Under the pieces are notes generated by a model. The model searched no databases. It was not told the DNA's origin and saw nothing but the letters and a program-made list of their open reading frames with translations. Both the position numbers and the translations under genes were made by a program. Source: a virus. From it: a stretch of DNA of 64,000 nucleotides. This document shows positions 29,773 to 40,902 of this stretch, one piece after another. The stretch lies in the IMG/VR virus record IMGVR_UViG_3300012178_000001, positions 28,495-92,494 of that record; one strand, 5' to 3'. Each line of letters begins with the position of its first letter. Position 1 is the stretch's first letter.

Positions 29773-31017
29773 ATGAAACGTGACAATTATATTGCAAGGG
29801 CACAAGCGACTACATCAGTATCATCTATAATGGGTAATGTAAGCTATGTAGCAAAGAAATACATACTAAGTAAATTCCCTAAGAATTACTTTAATGAGAT
29901 TACTATTGCTAATGGACTTATATCATCTGATTTAAGAGAGACTGATGAAGATGTAAAGAAGAAACCTAATCCTAAATTATCTATAAATCCTATATTTATT
30001 CCTGATGAGAATGATACATTCGGAGGTTCCTTACCAGAATGGTACAATAGTGGGGAAAGTTTTATAATGAGAGATACACTTAATAACTATCATCCAGTAC
30101 TTTATAATGATACTGATGAGATTTATATATGGACTGTACCTAATAAGTTAAAGTTAAATTTTGATATAAAGATTAAACTAAATACATCAATGCAAAAGAT
30201 TGATTTACTTCACTACTTAAGACGTATATTCTTAAATAATAAGCATATGTATATTAACGATGTCACACTTAAAGCTGAAGTTCCTAAAGAGTTTATAGCA
30301 AATGTTGCAGACCTAAAAGGACTAGACTTAACAGTTGAGGATGATATAATTGAGTTGTATAATTATTTACAAAAATTTTCTAATGGATATATCACAAGAC
30401 AGATGAATTTATCATCAGGTTTACCAACATATCAGTATAGGTTTATATCCAATATACTAATGAAGGTTGAAGAGCCTCCTAGTGGAGAGACTGAACGTGT
30501 GAGTATGACTGAAGGCGAAAGTGAGGTTCAGACTACATTTTCGTTTGAGTTATGGATTCCAACTAATTATATTATAGAAAGCAAGGACCCACTCTCAGAG
30601 AGTGATGGTTTTGATGATATCCTGAACAATGATAGTTACATCAGTTACTCATTCAAAACAAAGCCTGTTAGAACAATTGACGATAAAGTTGAACTATTTT
30701 GGCAAGCTTTTGTTACTGATATTGATACTGCAGAAGATATAATTGGCTTATCCCCTATAATCTCTACTAATAATAAGGAGATTATTGCACATATGATAAG
30801 TAACGAAGTATTAATTACGGACTATTATGATATAGATGTATATAGAGATGGGGAGCAACTAGAGGAAGATGTTGACTACTCATTCGACTGGAATTTACTA
30901 GAACTATCTACATTTAATCCATTCCAGAACTATACACATCATGTAGGTTTATATGGGGATCTTAAAAAGATAAAAGATTATTATGATGAAAATATTAAAG
31001 AAGAAAAATTACTATAA
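29773..31017 (+). CDS. Probable virion structural protein (neck/tail-completion-like)
   Basis: 414 aa, late-type promoter, alternating beta-strand pattern; function inferred. Confidence 0.45.
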   Translation: MKRDNYIARAQATTSVSSIMGNVSYVAKKYILSKFPKNYFNEITIANGLISSDLRETDEDVKKKPNPKLSINPIFIPDENDTFGGSLPEWYNSGESFIMRDTLNNYHPVLYNDTDEIYIWTVPNKLKLNFDIKIKLNTSMQKIDLLHYLRRIFLNNKHMYINDVTLKAEVPKEFIANVADLKGLDLTVEDDIIELYNYLQKFSNGYITRQMNLSSGLPTYQYRFISNILMKVEEPPSGETERVSMTEGESEVQTTFSFELWIPTNYIIESKDPLSESDGFDDILNNDSYISYSFKTKPVRTIDDKVELFWQAFVTDIDTAEDIIGLSPIISTNNKEIIAHMISNEVLITDYYDIDVYRDGEQLEEDVDYSFDWNLLELSTFNPFQNYTHHVGLYGDLKKIKDYYDENIKEEKLL

Positions 31018-31023
31018 TAAAAA

Positions 31024-31051
31024 GAGATAACTATCCTATGATAGTTATCTC
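31024..31051. terminator. Bidirectional terminator between convergent genes
   Basis: gagataactatc-ctat-gatagttatctc. Confidence 0.85.
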
Positions 31052-31059
31052 ATTATTAT

Positions 31060-32838
31060 TTACTTCTTATAGTTTTCTAACTTTACCATTATGTCGCTTA
31101 ATTCATCATCAGTTAGTTCTAAATTAAACTCATTCTTAAACCAAGTTATTAATTCATTAGGTTCATCATATTTTGAAGACTTAAGAAGTCTATTAAATTC
31201 TTTTCTATCAATACCAGAACCTGGGCAAGTTTTATATGAGTGGTCTCTATGGAATATATAACCTATTCTAAATGAATCCATCATATAATTCATGAAATCA
31301 AATAAAGACTCTCTTTGACCATTAGTAAATTCATCATTACCTTTATCGAAGTTACCAATCATTTCTATGGCAAATCCTAAGTAGTTTCTACCACTAACGG
31401 ATACTGGAGATTTATTAAAGCTTCTACCCATAACCCATTTTCCATCAGGTGCTAGAGTTAAATGTTGACCTATATCTGCCCAACCATTAGTATTTACATG
31501 GTAGTTTTTCATACCCTTTTGTAATGATTGATGATTATGACCATTAAAGTCATCAAAATTAGGTATAAATGTATGATGGATTTGTAATTCTTTAGGTTTC
31601 CTAGTCCAGTTAAATTCAATACAGTAATCAATTAATTCTTCAGTAGTCATTACTCTGAATTCTTCTTCAATATCATCAACTAATTTAATATAGTAAGCAT
31701 ATACCCAGCGTTTACTACCTATCTTATACCATTTGCCAGTATTATCAGTCTCTATAATATTCACGATGTCACCACTATCTATTCTATCTGCAACATCATA
31801 ATTAGTGCTTGGACCATATCTAACTCTTAATACAGTCGCTCTATGAACTCTACCTTGTTTAGTTTCATACTTAGTTTCATCTTTAATTAATTTACCGAAT
31901 ATATCTTTACCTGAGAAATAGTGTTCCTTCCCCTTAACTTTATACCATCCATCTATCTGACCGTCAACTTCAATTATATCACCTTTGTGGTATAAATCAA
32001 CTTTAGGATAGTCAAGTCCTGCAAATCTACGTACATTAAGGTATTTAGCAGTTATTTCTACCTTAGCATCAATCTTCTCTAAATTACTCTTATCTTTCTC
32101 CACTACAATTTCATAATCCTTACCATAGATTAATAATGCATTAGCAATACGTCTTTCATCCCCACCAGCTATAAAGTTAACAACCTCATCACCTAATTGC
32201 ATAGTAGAACTTCCACCACCATCAGCATTGATTGCTCTATCTGCACCTAGTTCTAACATTACTTCAGCACTTTGTTCAGCAGTTAATCCATTGTCATCAG
32301 AGTTTCTACCTTCCGCCACAACCATTAATAGTTCTCCTGAAGGCTTTTGACCTAGTAAAGTTCTAGGATGTTTTTGATTACTGTGGTCAAAGTATTCATC
32401 TCCACGGATATCTAGTTTACCGTCTAATACTAATGTGTATGATAATGAAACTCCCCACATTGCTTTACCTTTATATTTCTTATCAAACTCATCTTGAGAA
32501 ACTAATTCCTCAATAATTAATTTACCATCCATATAGATTGCTTCATAAAATCCTTTACCTACACTATCTACACGACTCTGAGTAAATCCATGATCTACAT
32601 ACTCTAAACCTACTGCATCAACTTCTTCTGAATATGAGAAGAACTGAAGGTTAGTACCCCCTATTTTATCAAATCCTTGCTTTTCAAACCAATTATGATT
32701 GATATCTGTTAGTTTTTCTCTGTGACCTCTATCATCAGCACATACAGTTGCAACTAAATTTTCATTAGTTTTAAATTCTAAAACGTGAATATCAGTTCCA
32801 AACCTTCTAATAGTTTTATATAGAACTTTGTTTTCCAT
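31060..32838 (-). CDS. Modular endolysin: phosphodiester-glycosidase (NAGPA-like) + 2x SH3b + Amidase_2
   Basis: HPRTLLG...AEGR...AINADGGGSS; LNVRR/LRVRYGPSTNY SH3b; QIHHT, GWADIGQH, AIEMIGNF, HRD...KTCPG. Confidence 0.88.
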   Translation of the reverse strand: MENKVLYKTIRRFGTDIHVLEFKTNENLVATVCADDRGHREKLTDINHNWFEKQGFDKIGGTNLQFFSYSEEVDAVGLEYVDHGFTQSRVDSVGKGFYEAIYMDGKLIIEELVSQDEFDKKYKGKAMWGVSLSYTLVLDGKLDIRGDEYFDHSNQKHPRTLLGQKPSGELLMVVAEGRNSDDNGLTAEQSAEVMLELGADRAINADGGGSSTMQLGDEVVNFIAGGDERRIANALLIYGKDYEIVVEKDKSNLEKIDAKVEITAKYLNVRRFAGLDYPKVDLYHKGDIIEVDGQIDGWYKVKGKEHYFSGKDIFGKLIKDETKYETKQGRVHRATVLRVRYGPSTNYDVADRIDSGDIVNIIETDNTGKWYKIGSKRWVYAYYIKLVDDIEEEFRVMTTEELIDYCIEFNWTRKPKELQIHHTFIPNFDDFNGHNHQSLQKGMKNYHVNTNGWADIGQHLTLAPDGKWVMGRSFNKSPVSVSGRNYLGFAIEMIGNFDKGNDEFTNGQRESLFDFMNYMMDSFRIGYIFHRDHSYKTCPGSGIDRKEFNRLLKSSKYDEPNELITWFKNEFNLELTDDELSDIMVKLENYKK

Positions 32839-32850
32839 TTATATCCTCCC

Positions 32851-33135
32851 TTATCCTACTATGTCATTATTATTATCATCATTATAGTTATCTCTTTCTC
32901 CATCATTTGAATTTTTCTTGATATCAATGAACTTACTAACTCCATTAATGCCAAAGTGTCCAGCTAATATGACCATGACAGGTTGCTTAAGCAATTCTAT
33001 CAATGATAATCTATCTGGACTAATGTGAGATGTGAACGATACTATTATTAAACCTAAATATACAACCGCAAATATAAAACTTAAGAACTCACTAATAGTG
33101 AACCCTTTCTCATCATTAAAAAATGTTTTGAACAT
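32851..33135 (-). CDS. Holin-like membrane protein
   Basis: Two TM segments, charged C-terminus, immediately upstream of the endolysin. Confidence 0.65.
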   Translation of the reverse strand: MFKTFFNDEKGFTISEFLSFIFAVVYLGLIIVSFTSHISPDRLSLIELLKQPVMVILAGHFGINGVSKFIDIKKNSNDGERDNYNDDNNNDIVG

Positions 33136-33168
33136 TTTGAATCATCCTCCTTATATTATCCTAATTAT

Positions 33169-33216
33169 TAATAAATTGTTATAGACTAGTTAGCATAACC
33201 CATAAACATTTTATTA
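33169..33216. promoter_or_regulatory. Back-to-back late-type promoters (- strand 33169-33180; + strand 33205-33216)
   Basis: AACAATTTATTA and AACATTTTATTA. Confidence 0.65.
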
Positions 33217-33274
33217 AGTATATAGTGAGTATATATTTAAATTAATTAAATTATAGAAGGAGATATATGATAAT

Positions 33275-34312
33275 ATGATTGGTAGATTGAAAGATACATT
33301 AAAGTCACAAAAACATATTCTTTATATTCTCTTATTTGCAGGTTTAGCTTTATTAATTCTGCTTACATCATTTGTATATGTATATAATACAATATATGAA
33401 AATGAGACAGCAAGAAAAAATGAGGACATACAAAATATAGAGGAAGTATATAAGTGGAACTTTATTCGTTCCCTAATAACTAGTACAAGAGATACCGCTA
33501 AATTAAACTCAGAGAAAATCAGAGGTGAGATTGAGCATGAATTGAGATTACAATATGATGGAGAAATGGACCAATTGAAATACGATATTGATAATCTAAC
33601 TTCTAGTTCAAGGTTCTCTAAAATACTTAATAATTCGATAGATGGAGAATATATAGTAGTTCAGAATGATAATAATGACCCATCGATAGGAGTTATAAAG
33701 TATGGAATCTATAGTGATAAGAGTGAAAATTACTCTATTGAAGAAGGGGAAAAACGCTCTTGGGCTAATGAAATAGATTCTCATGCAAATAAGAAACTAG
33801 CAGAACAAGCAATTGAAACATTTAAAAATATAGAAAATAGTAGTACTAAACTAATTTTCTGGGAATATCTAGAGTCAAGGGATGAAGATCATATAATGAT
33901 AGAAAATATGTCTGAGAGAGAACTTAAGAGGGTATTCCTAGAGGAAGGTCTATATGGTCTGCAAACATACGAGTTCTTAAGTTTTTCATTTATTGATGAT
34001 AATGGAACAGATGTATTCGGTAAATTTGATGTAGGTAATTTAGGAGTCCGAAATGACAACTATAAAATTATTGTAATTCAAGGCTTTAATATTGTTGACT
34101 TGATAAGAACTAAGTATAAAGATCAACTCAAAGAATTTGATTATATGAAACAATTAAGAATTAAAGAGTATAATAATAAGGTAGCTACAAGTAGAATATT
34201 ATTAACGCTTATGACACTAATAGCATCTATATTCTTTATATCCATTGTTAATATATATAATGGAATAATAACTGGAATGGATATTACAGATGAGAAGAAT
34301 AATATCAACTGA
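33275..34312 (+). CDS. Two-TM protein with large extracytoplasmic domain
   Basis: N- and C-terminal TM helices flanking about 270 polar residues. Confidence 0.75.
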   Translation: MIGRLKDTLKSQKHILYILLFAGLALLILLTSFVYVYNTIYENETARKNEDIQNIEEVYKWNFIRSLITSTRDTAKLNSEKIRGEIEHELRLQYDGEMDQLKYDIDNLTSSSRFSKILNNSIDGEYIVVQNDNNDPSIGVIKYGIYSDKSENYSIEEGEKRSWANEIDSHANKKLAEQAIETFKNIENSSTKLIFWEYLESRDEDHIMIENMSERELKRVFLEEGLYGLQTYEFLSFSFIDDNGTDVFGKFDVGNLGVRNDNYKIIVIQGFNIVDLIRTKYKDQLKEFDYMKQLRIKEYNNKVATSRILLTLMTLIASIFFISIVNIYNGIITGMDITDEKNNIN

Positions 34313-34353
34313 AAGTTTATAGACCCTCAGCTAAAAGAGAAGGGAGCATAATA

Positions 34354-34719
34354 ATGAGTAATGAGACCTATATGATAATTACTCAAGATATTATTATTGC
34401 TTATCTTGTAAATTTTTTAAATGTTGTAATTCCTGTAATGTTAGGAGCATATGCTAAGGAATTATATCACATAACTAAAAAGGAATATAAGAGAATTAAT
34501 ATACAACGTATTATAATATCTGGGGTAGTTCCAGCATTTGGTCTCTCTGCATTTTTTGATAAGATACTATCTAAAGTCAGCTATGGCACACTAATATTTC
34601 TGTGCGTAGTAGGTGGGATGGTAGGGATGCAATTATTTGAAGAAATGTCAACTTTAGAAGGTATCCGACAATTAATGAGAGATATAAATGATTTTAAAGA
34701 TTTTCGAGGTAAAAAATAA
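34354..34719 (+). CDS. Three-TM holin-like protein
   Basis: Three hydrophobic helices, basic C-terminus. Confidence 0.55.
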   Translation: MSNETYMIITQDIIIAYLVNFLNVVIPVMLGAYAKELYHITKKEYKRINIQRIIISGVVPAFGLSAFFDKILSKVSYGTLIFLCVVGGMVGMQLFEEMSTLEGIRQLMRDINDFKDFRGKK

Positions 34720-34733
34720 TTAAGTAATATAAA

Positions 34734-34759
34734 AACAGATAACCTAAGGGTTATCTGTT
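34734..34759. terminator. Bidirectional terminator
   Basis: aacagataacc-taag-ggttatctgtt. Confidence 0.8.
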
Positions 34760-35239
34760 AATTATTTTATCTGAGTGTAATAAATCTTTAGGTGTTATAT
34801 TACCAGTTCTATATTCAGGAACTATATCAATGCCTAAATCAATATAGATATTATCTAACATTTCAGAACATATGAATTCATTCTTATTATTCAAGACTAT
34901 ATCTATATTAAATAGTATTCTAAGCCAAAAACCTAGTGTTAGTTGTATATAATCATAATCTATACCTACAGTCTTTATTATAGCTTTTCTTAAATTGCCT
35001 AAGTCATAGTTTCCTTCTTCAAATTTCTTTACATAGTATACTTCATAGTCATCTTCATCATACTTGTCTAATCGTCTTATAACAATATCATCATATGTAG
35101 TCTCAGCAATTAATCTATCTTCAGCATCATATACAATTGCAACATGACTAAATTCAGTTCCTAGAATCTTAGTTATAATCCATGAATACCACTTAGTAGG
35201 TCTAACGAATATAAGGTCACCATCTTTGATTTTTTTCAT
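34751..35239 (-). CDS. Permuted papain-like NlpC/P60 (YaeF/YiiX-type) amidase
   Basis: GDLIF, FSHVAI, YDY, FICSE, ITPKDL; His before Cys. Confidence 0.85.
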   Translation of the reverse strand: MKKIKDGDLIFVRPTKWYSWIITKILGTEFSHVAIVYDAEDRLIAETTYDDIVIRRLDKYDEDDYEVYYVKKFEEGNYDLGNLRKAIIKTVGIDYDYIQLTLGFWLRILFNIDIVLNNKNEFICSEMLDNIYIDLGIDIVPEYRTGNITPKDLLHSDKIINR

Positions 35240-35266
35240 AAGTTATCACCCTTCATATATTTTAAT

Positions 35267-35278
35267 TAATTATATGTT
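35267..35278 (-). promoter_or_regulatory. Late-type promoter AACA-N6-TA
   Basis: AACATATAATTA. Confidence 0.6.
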
Positions 35279-35282
35279 GAAA

Positions 35283-35311
35283 TTTAGCATAACCATTACA
35301 GTTATGCTAAA
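35283..35311 (-). terminator. Hairpin terminator
   Basis: tttagcataac-cattaca-gttatgctaaa. Confidence 0.7.
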
Positions 35312-35317
35312 CATATC

Positions 35318-35689
35318 TTATAAATTATACTTATCTTTTAACTTAAAATACTCAATTCTCTCAGTCATTATAGATTGCTTTAATCCATAGATATAGTCAA
35401 GTACATTAACTCCACGCCCATCAGGGAACTCAGCATTTTCTAAATCAAATGTATGAAGTTGCGACTGTAAAGCCTTTAATTTATTATAATTAGCTAATTC
35501 ATTCTCAGATAATGTAATATTATTATTAGCTATCATATTATCCATCATTGTAATACTCATGTCTAATACTAAATCAAACATATACTCTAATGAAGCCATT
35601 AAGTGTTCTTGTTTTTGAGTTCCACTAACACGTTCAAGTAAATCTTCTTTAGTAACCTCTGGATTATTTTTACGACCAGATTGAATCAT
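35318..35689 (-). CDS. Small tail-fibre-associated protein
   Basis: Last gene of the tail operon; helical. Confidence 0.55.
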   Translation of the reverse strand: MIQSGRKNNPEVTKEDLLERVSGTQKQEHLMASLEYMFDLVLDMSITMMDNMIANNNITLSENELANYNKLKALQSQLHTFDLENAEFPDGRGVNVLDYIYGLKQSIMTERIEYFKLKDKYNL

Positions 35690-35701
35690 ATCTTACACCT
35701 C

Positions 35702-37201
35702 CTAGTAACCAACACAATATCCTCTAATAGATTTATACTCACTCGTAGTATTTACAAATTTAATATATACATCATATTTTGAACTTGCATAATCTACTAC
35801 ACCATCCACAAATTTAGTACCATTTATATAAATATCAATACCTTCATCAGCATCAAATTCAACTAATTTAAACTTAGTAGTACCTTCCTCAAGTGCTATA
35901 TTTACAGTCCTAGCTTCTCCATTTGGTAATAATTCAAGAATACCCCTACCTGTATTTGCTGAATGACTATCGTCATTTATATTGATATCTTCTTCATCCA
36001 TAAAGTAATCTGCAACCACATAATCGATATCTATTTCGTCATTAAGTACACTATCTAACTTAGATAATAGTACTTCGTTAAGATCAAACTGTATGGGTTC
36101 TTCGTTTAAGCTAATTTCTTTGGTTACTATATTGTCAACCATTTTAGGTGTATATTTCTCAAATTCAGTAGGGACTTGTTTATTTTTAATATCTATATGT
36201 TCTATATTCTCCCAATACAACATATTTCCACTATCATCTTTCTCATGGACTTCAAATACAATCCTCTCATTTTCATTTCCAAGTGCATCATACCTATTAA
36301 TTGTTTCTAAATATTCACCAGTAGGAACATCACTCTCATCATACTGCATTTCATTATAGAGAATATTTCCCTCAAAGTCAGTCTTATTTACAATTTCTAT
36401 AACCTTTTCATTGGTATTACCACTATCATCAAACTTATTAGTGACTCTCTCACGAGCTATATATTTTACCTCAAATTGCTTATCTTCAAACTCTACAGGT
36501 ACTTTATCTTTTAATACTTCTTCTACATAAGGGTTACCATATTCATCATGAGTCTTATTCTCATAAGTTATAGCATATTCAGGTTGACTATATACTATGT
36601 CACCCTCTTGAGTTGTCTTTACTACTTTCATTGTTACTTTTTCATTTCTATTATTGAGCTTGTCAAATTCCTTCGTATCCTCAACGATAGTCTCATCATA
36701 TGTGGTAATGTCTTTATAATATAAATACTCACCACTAGAGTTAGTATTATGGACATCTATCAGTTTTGTTTCACCAGTATTTGTATTTATTACAACTGCT
36801 TCTTTATGTGTAACGGGTTCATCAGTGATTTCAGTTGTAGTAACAGTTTCTATGGATGGGTTAGAATATAATGTGTTGTGGTATAATTGGTTACCTTCAT
36901 CATCCTTCTTATCAACAACTACAATTACCTTTTCATTTTCATTACCATATTTATCGAATTGTTGAGTTGTATTAGAATAGCCTAATATTCTTTCTATCTT
37001 AACTTTATTAACTATCTCTTTAAGATATATTAATTCACCATTCTCATTTCTATCTTGAATTTTAGGTCTATCTTCATTGATTGTTTCTACTTCTTTAGTA
37101 ATATTTATAGAATCATCAATATCTATATCGTATTCAAATGGTGTTGCAGGACGGTTAAGCCCCACAACGTTATTTGAGATTTTATTTATTAATACTTTCA
37201 T
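35702..37201 (-). CDS. Tail-associated protein with D..GN.LY repeats
   Basis: Repeated FD..GN.NEKV and D.EG..LY units. Confidence 0.6.
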   Translation of the reverse strand: MKVLINKISNNVVGLNRPATPFEYDIDIDDSINITKEVETINEDRPKIQDRNENGELIYLKEIVNKVKIERILGYSNTTQQFDKYGNENEKVIVVVDKKDDEGNQLYHNTLYSNPSIETVTTTEITDEPVTHKEAVVINTNTGETKLIDVHNTNSSGEYLYYKDITTYDETIVEDTKEFDKLNNRNEKVTMKVVKTTQEGDIVYSQPEYAITYENKTHDEYGNPYVEEVLKDKVPVEFEDKQFEVKYIARERVTNKFDDSGNTNEKVIEIVNKTDFEGNILYNEMQYDESDVPTGEYLETINRYDALGNENERIVFEVHEKDDSGNMLYWENIEHIDIKNKQVPTEFEKYTPKMVDNIVTKEISLNEEPIQFDLNEVLLSKLDSVLNDEIDIDYVVADYFMDEEDININDDSHSANTGRGILELLPNGEARTVNIALEEGTTKFKLVEFDADEGIDIYINGTKFVDGVVDYASSKYDVYIKFVNTTSEYKSIRGYCVGY

Positions 37202-37203
37202 TA

Positions 37204-40200
37204 TTAATCACACTCCTTAATAAGAGGTCTTCCTTGAAGTCTAAAGTAGTTATAAACCTCGTCTTTTCCATTAGATAATCCATTGAAAGAACTATCATTA
37301 AGATAACTTATAGTCTTTAAATATAATTCATCTTCAATACTAACTAGACAATAGAAAATAAATACTGTATTTTGATTTATATTCATATTCTCATAGTAAA
37401 GAGTCGGAACTACACCATTCTTTAAGAAGTCACCATAATATTTATTATCAGTTCCCTGATGTTCACTAACAAACCTCACAGGCTTAATAGTCATATTATC
37501 TGTTATACTATAAGAATTTACCACGTTATTGTATTCTAATGGTTTATTATCATAGTCTGACATATTAAATTTTTTAAACTTATTAAACAGTGCTAGATTA
37601 AAGTTATTTAAAATAGTCTTATATTTATAATCATAATCAGGGTTATCTAAATTAGGCAATCCACCAGTACCTGAGTTTGTCACTACTGCATTTGAATAAT
37701 CTAAGAAAATACCTCGTTCCCCTTCTACTCTAACTTTTTCTAGGTCTGTAAAGCTAAATTCATCCTGACCTTCATCATTCATTCCCCATATAACTACTCT
37801 AGAATTATTATCAACACTTCCTATATTCAATCTTGTAACGTTACGAGTTTCATTTCTAACAAATAAAATACCACCATTAGTATCGATTCTAGAATTTTCA
37901 TTCTTAGGAGCTAAAATAGTGTAGTTATTATTTGTATATAATCTACTATCTATTTCAATACTAATACTTACATAATCAGTATATATAGTGGATAAAAATG
38001 AACCATCCGTCTGAGGGGAATGTGCTAGTAAATGAACCATACCATTATCATCAATTAACTCATCTATATCATTTAATACTAATATATCTATTTCAGTATT
38101 ATAGTTATTTTCATGTGAATAAGTATCTGTTGACCATTCACCATTTCTAGAATATCTTAGAGTGCATTTATCGATATCATTATAATGACCATAGCCTTTC
38201 CACATAAAATTAATATTTATAACATTATTTCTTATCCATTGAAGTTTATCTATTGAATTAATAGTACCATACTTACTTTCAACTAGTCTAATTATATCGA
38301 ACTCAAATATATGTTGACCATAACTAGAGTCTAATAGTGAATCAGATAATGATAGAGTATTATTTTCTTTAGCTATGTTATTGTAATTATATTGATTGAA
38401 CTCATCAGTATATAAATGCGGTGATAATATACTTTGGTTGTATCTCATAGCTTTATGAGGACACTCACTCAAATCAGACACAATCTTTCTATTAAAGTCA
38501 TCAGATACAATTATCGAATCCTTTTTAACTAATTCAATTCCATTATATTCTCCACTTACTACATCATTAAATACAGGAATTTGCCCTCTACCTGATTTAA
38601 TAGTTAGTGAGTATTGAACTTCTAAGTCTTCATCAACTATGTTATCCAATTCTGTATCCATTATAGTAAATTTAATCTTACTTGTGCCTATACCACTCCA
38701 CATTCCAGTTAACTCAACTAAATTATCATTACTATCTTTAAATTTGATAACTGGTATATCTGAGTTGGATATTTTATCTATAATTGTATACTGAGATATA
38801 TTAGATGACTTCTTAGGAATTGATATAGTAATTACATTCTCATCAGTAATATCTGTAATAGTGTAAGGACCATCTAAATTTTCATATGGCTCATGAATTT
38901 TAGTGAATGTAATTTCATCACCAATATTTACCTTACTATGACTATTAATTACTAATTTACTTGGATCTGATGTATAATCTGATGATATTTCACCATCCGC
39001 ATAGCTTATAACTTTAGCAATAGCTGAATCTGAATTAATCACACCAGAAATAATATCCTTATCATTCTTAGCACTCACTTCAATTGAGTCTCCATTGGAC
39101 CATATACCCTCTTGCGATTGTGTTACATTTACATAATTGACATTAGTTCCATCAGAACTTACTATATCTGTTGTATATTGTGTAGATATAGGATCTGAGA
39201 ATATTTTTATTTGATTATCGAGTGCACATGATAAATCAGCATGACCATCAGTAAAGTCTTTAGGAAGCATTGGGAACTGTTCTCCTAAATCTCCATTAAC
39301 AACTGATACATTAAATATAGTATTCTCTGAAGTATTCTCAATACTTATACCTGTTAAGGTTGAACTCGTATAATTTATATCTATTTCTTCTTTGACCATA
39401 TTTCCATTAATGTATATAGTTCTCTTAACGCCATCAACTACAAGACGAATATGATATACACCTTTCTTAACATCAATGCCATTTCCTGTAAAGTATCTAT
39501 CATTAATACCTATTGAGAATTTAACATCCCCTTCAGTTCTAATTAAGAAATAATCTTCAATATCTATATTATTAATATCAATCATGCATTCCATTGTTAA
39601 TAATCCTGCATCTAATTCTTCAGAGAAATTATAAACAAGTCTTTCATCTACAACTAAACCATTTCCAATAGGTGAATAGTTATTTGAGTGTTTACCTAGT
39701 GTAATAGGTTCTCCTCCCACCTCTGCAGTTACGTCATCTTTATAGCTAGCAAAGAATACAGAATTAGGATAACTTTGAGCATCTTCCATTCCGATGTAAA
39801 CTTTTTTTAGCTTATGAGGTTGTTTAGTCATTAACTCTCCTCTAACTAATCTATCAAAGTTCTTATCTAACAATCTTCTATAATCAGGTGCATTTAAGGT
39901 AACTTTATGTCTTAAATCAGTTATGTCATCTTTGTAAATAATATTTGAATATTTACCATCAGGTCTTCTAGTCTTGATAGTGCATTCATATACATCAACA
40001 GTCACACGATCGTCAACTAGAGCCATCATATTATTTAAAGTTGCATTAATATCTGTAATTGTTATAATAGTATCGTTATTTAAACTCAATTTGTCACCAA
40101 TGCTTAGTGTATCTATATTTCCACCAATTAAGTTGAATTTACCTACTTCTTTTATATTTAATTCTTTAACTGGTGTAATCATCCAACCGCTATTAAAGTT

Positions 40201-40902
40201 AGCAGAGCCATTAGAATTATCCACAGTATAATTACCCTTATTTCTTCTTTTAACTCTTAGTAATGGGATTGCAAATACTTTATTATCGTAACTCAGGTCA
40301 TCACCATTAGCTACAAATAATCCTTTATCATTAGGGTCTATATTGAAATTTACATTACTTTCCATTTCTAACATACCTCTAGCAAATATATTATTCGTGT
40401 CTAATATATTCTTATCTGGATGTACATTATTAGCAACTCTTATAGACCATCTCCATACATTATTATCTTTATTTTGAACTTCACGACCTTCAATAACCAT
40501 ATCTTCTGTCTGTCTCCATACTTCTAAGAATATTAAATCTTCTCTAACACCCTTATCACCAGTAGCGGATATAAAGTCTTTAGTTGGAGGTTCATTTAGA
40601 TAGACATCTAACCAATCATTATCAGTACCTTCAACCCTAATTATATTTCCGTTAATATTTACTTCAAATTCTTTTAAACTTATTTTGTTTATACTCTCAT
40701 TATCTACATATAATGCACCATCTTTAGCACTCTCTTTATTATCTGTAATGCTATTATGCTGAAGAACACCACTATGAATCATTTGAGTTATAACATTAGC
40801 ACGAGAAGCTTCTTGAAGCTCCTGTACATTTCTAACATAGTCATTCTCTGCAAATACATTACTTACACTTTTTTTATCAAGTTGTTCCATACCTATTGGC
40901 AT
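37204..40902 (-). CDS. Large baseplate/tail-fibre protein with LamG-like insert
   Basis: VQELQE, REDLIFLEVW, AIPLLRVKRRN, RPDG...DITDLRH motifs typical of Firmicute phage baseplate fibres; 'GVYHIRLV...IYING'. Confidence 0.65.
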   Translation of the reverse strand: MPIGMEQLDKKSVSNVFAENDYVRNVQELQEASRANVITQMIHSGVLQHNSITDNKESAKDGALYVDNESINKISLKEFEVNINGNIIRVEGTDNDWLDVYLNEPPTKDFISATGDKGVREDLIFLEVWRQTEDMVIEGREVQNKDNNVWRWSIRVANNVHPDKNILDTNNIFARGMLEMESNVNFNIDPNDKGLFVANGDDLSYDNKVFAIPLLRVKRRNKGNYTVDNSNGSANFNSGWMITPVKELNIKEVGKFNLIGGNIDTLSIGDKLSLNNDTIITITDINATLNNMMALVDDRVTVDVYECTIKTRRPDGKYSNIIYKDDITDLRHKVTLNAPDYRRLLDKNFDRLVRGELMTKQPHKLKKVYIGMEDAQSYPNSVFFASYKDDVTAEVGGEPITLGKHSNNYSPIGNGLVVDERLVYNFSEELDAGLLTMECMIDINNIDIEDYFLIRTEGDVKFSIGINDRYFTGNGIDVKKGVYHIRLVVDGVKRTIYINGNMVKEEIDINYTSSTLTGISIENTSENTIFNVSVVNGDLGEQFPMLPKDFTDGHADLSCALDNQIKIFSDPISTQYTTDIVSSDGTNVNYVNVTQSQEGIWSNGDSIEVSAKNDKDIISGVINSDSAIAKVISYADGEISSDYTSDPSKLVINSHSKVNIGDEITFTKIHEPYENLDGPYTITDITDENVITISIPKKSSNISQYTIIDKISNSDIPVIKFKDSNDNLVELTGMWSGIGTSKIKFTIMDTELDNIVDEDLEVQYSLTIKSGRGQIPVFNDVVSGEYNGIELVKKDSIIVSDDFNRKIVSDLSECPHKAMRYNQSILSPHLYTDEFNQYNYNNIAKENNTLSLSDSLLDSSYGQHIFEFDIIRLVESKYGTINSIDKLQWIRNNVININFMWKGYGHYNDIDKCTLRYSRNGEWSTDTYSHENNYNTEIDILVLNDIDELIDDNGMVHLLAHSPQTDGSFLSTIYTDYVSISIEIDSRLYTNNNYTILAPKNENSRIDTNGGILFVRNETRNVTRLNIGSVDNNSRVVIWGMNDEGQDEFSFTDLEKVRVEGERGIFLDYSNAVVTNSGTGGLPNLDNPDYDYKYKTILNNFNLALFNKFKKFNMSDYDNKPLEYNNVVNSYSITDNMTIKPVRFVSEHQGTDNKYYGDFLKNGVVPTLYYENMNINQNTVFIFYCLVSIEDELYLKTISYLNDSSFNGLSNGKDEVYNYFRLQGRPLIKECD

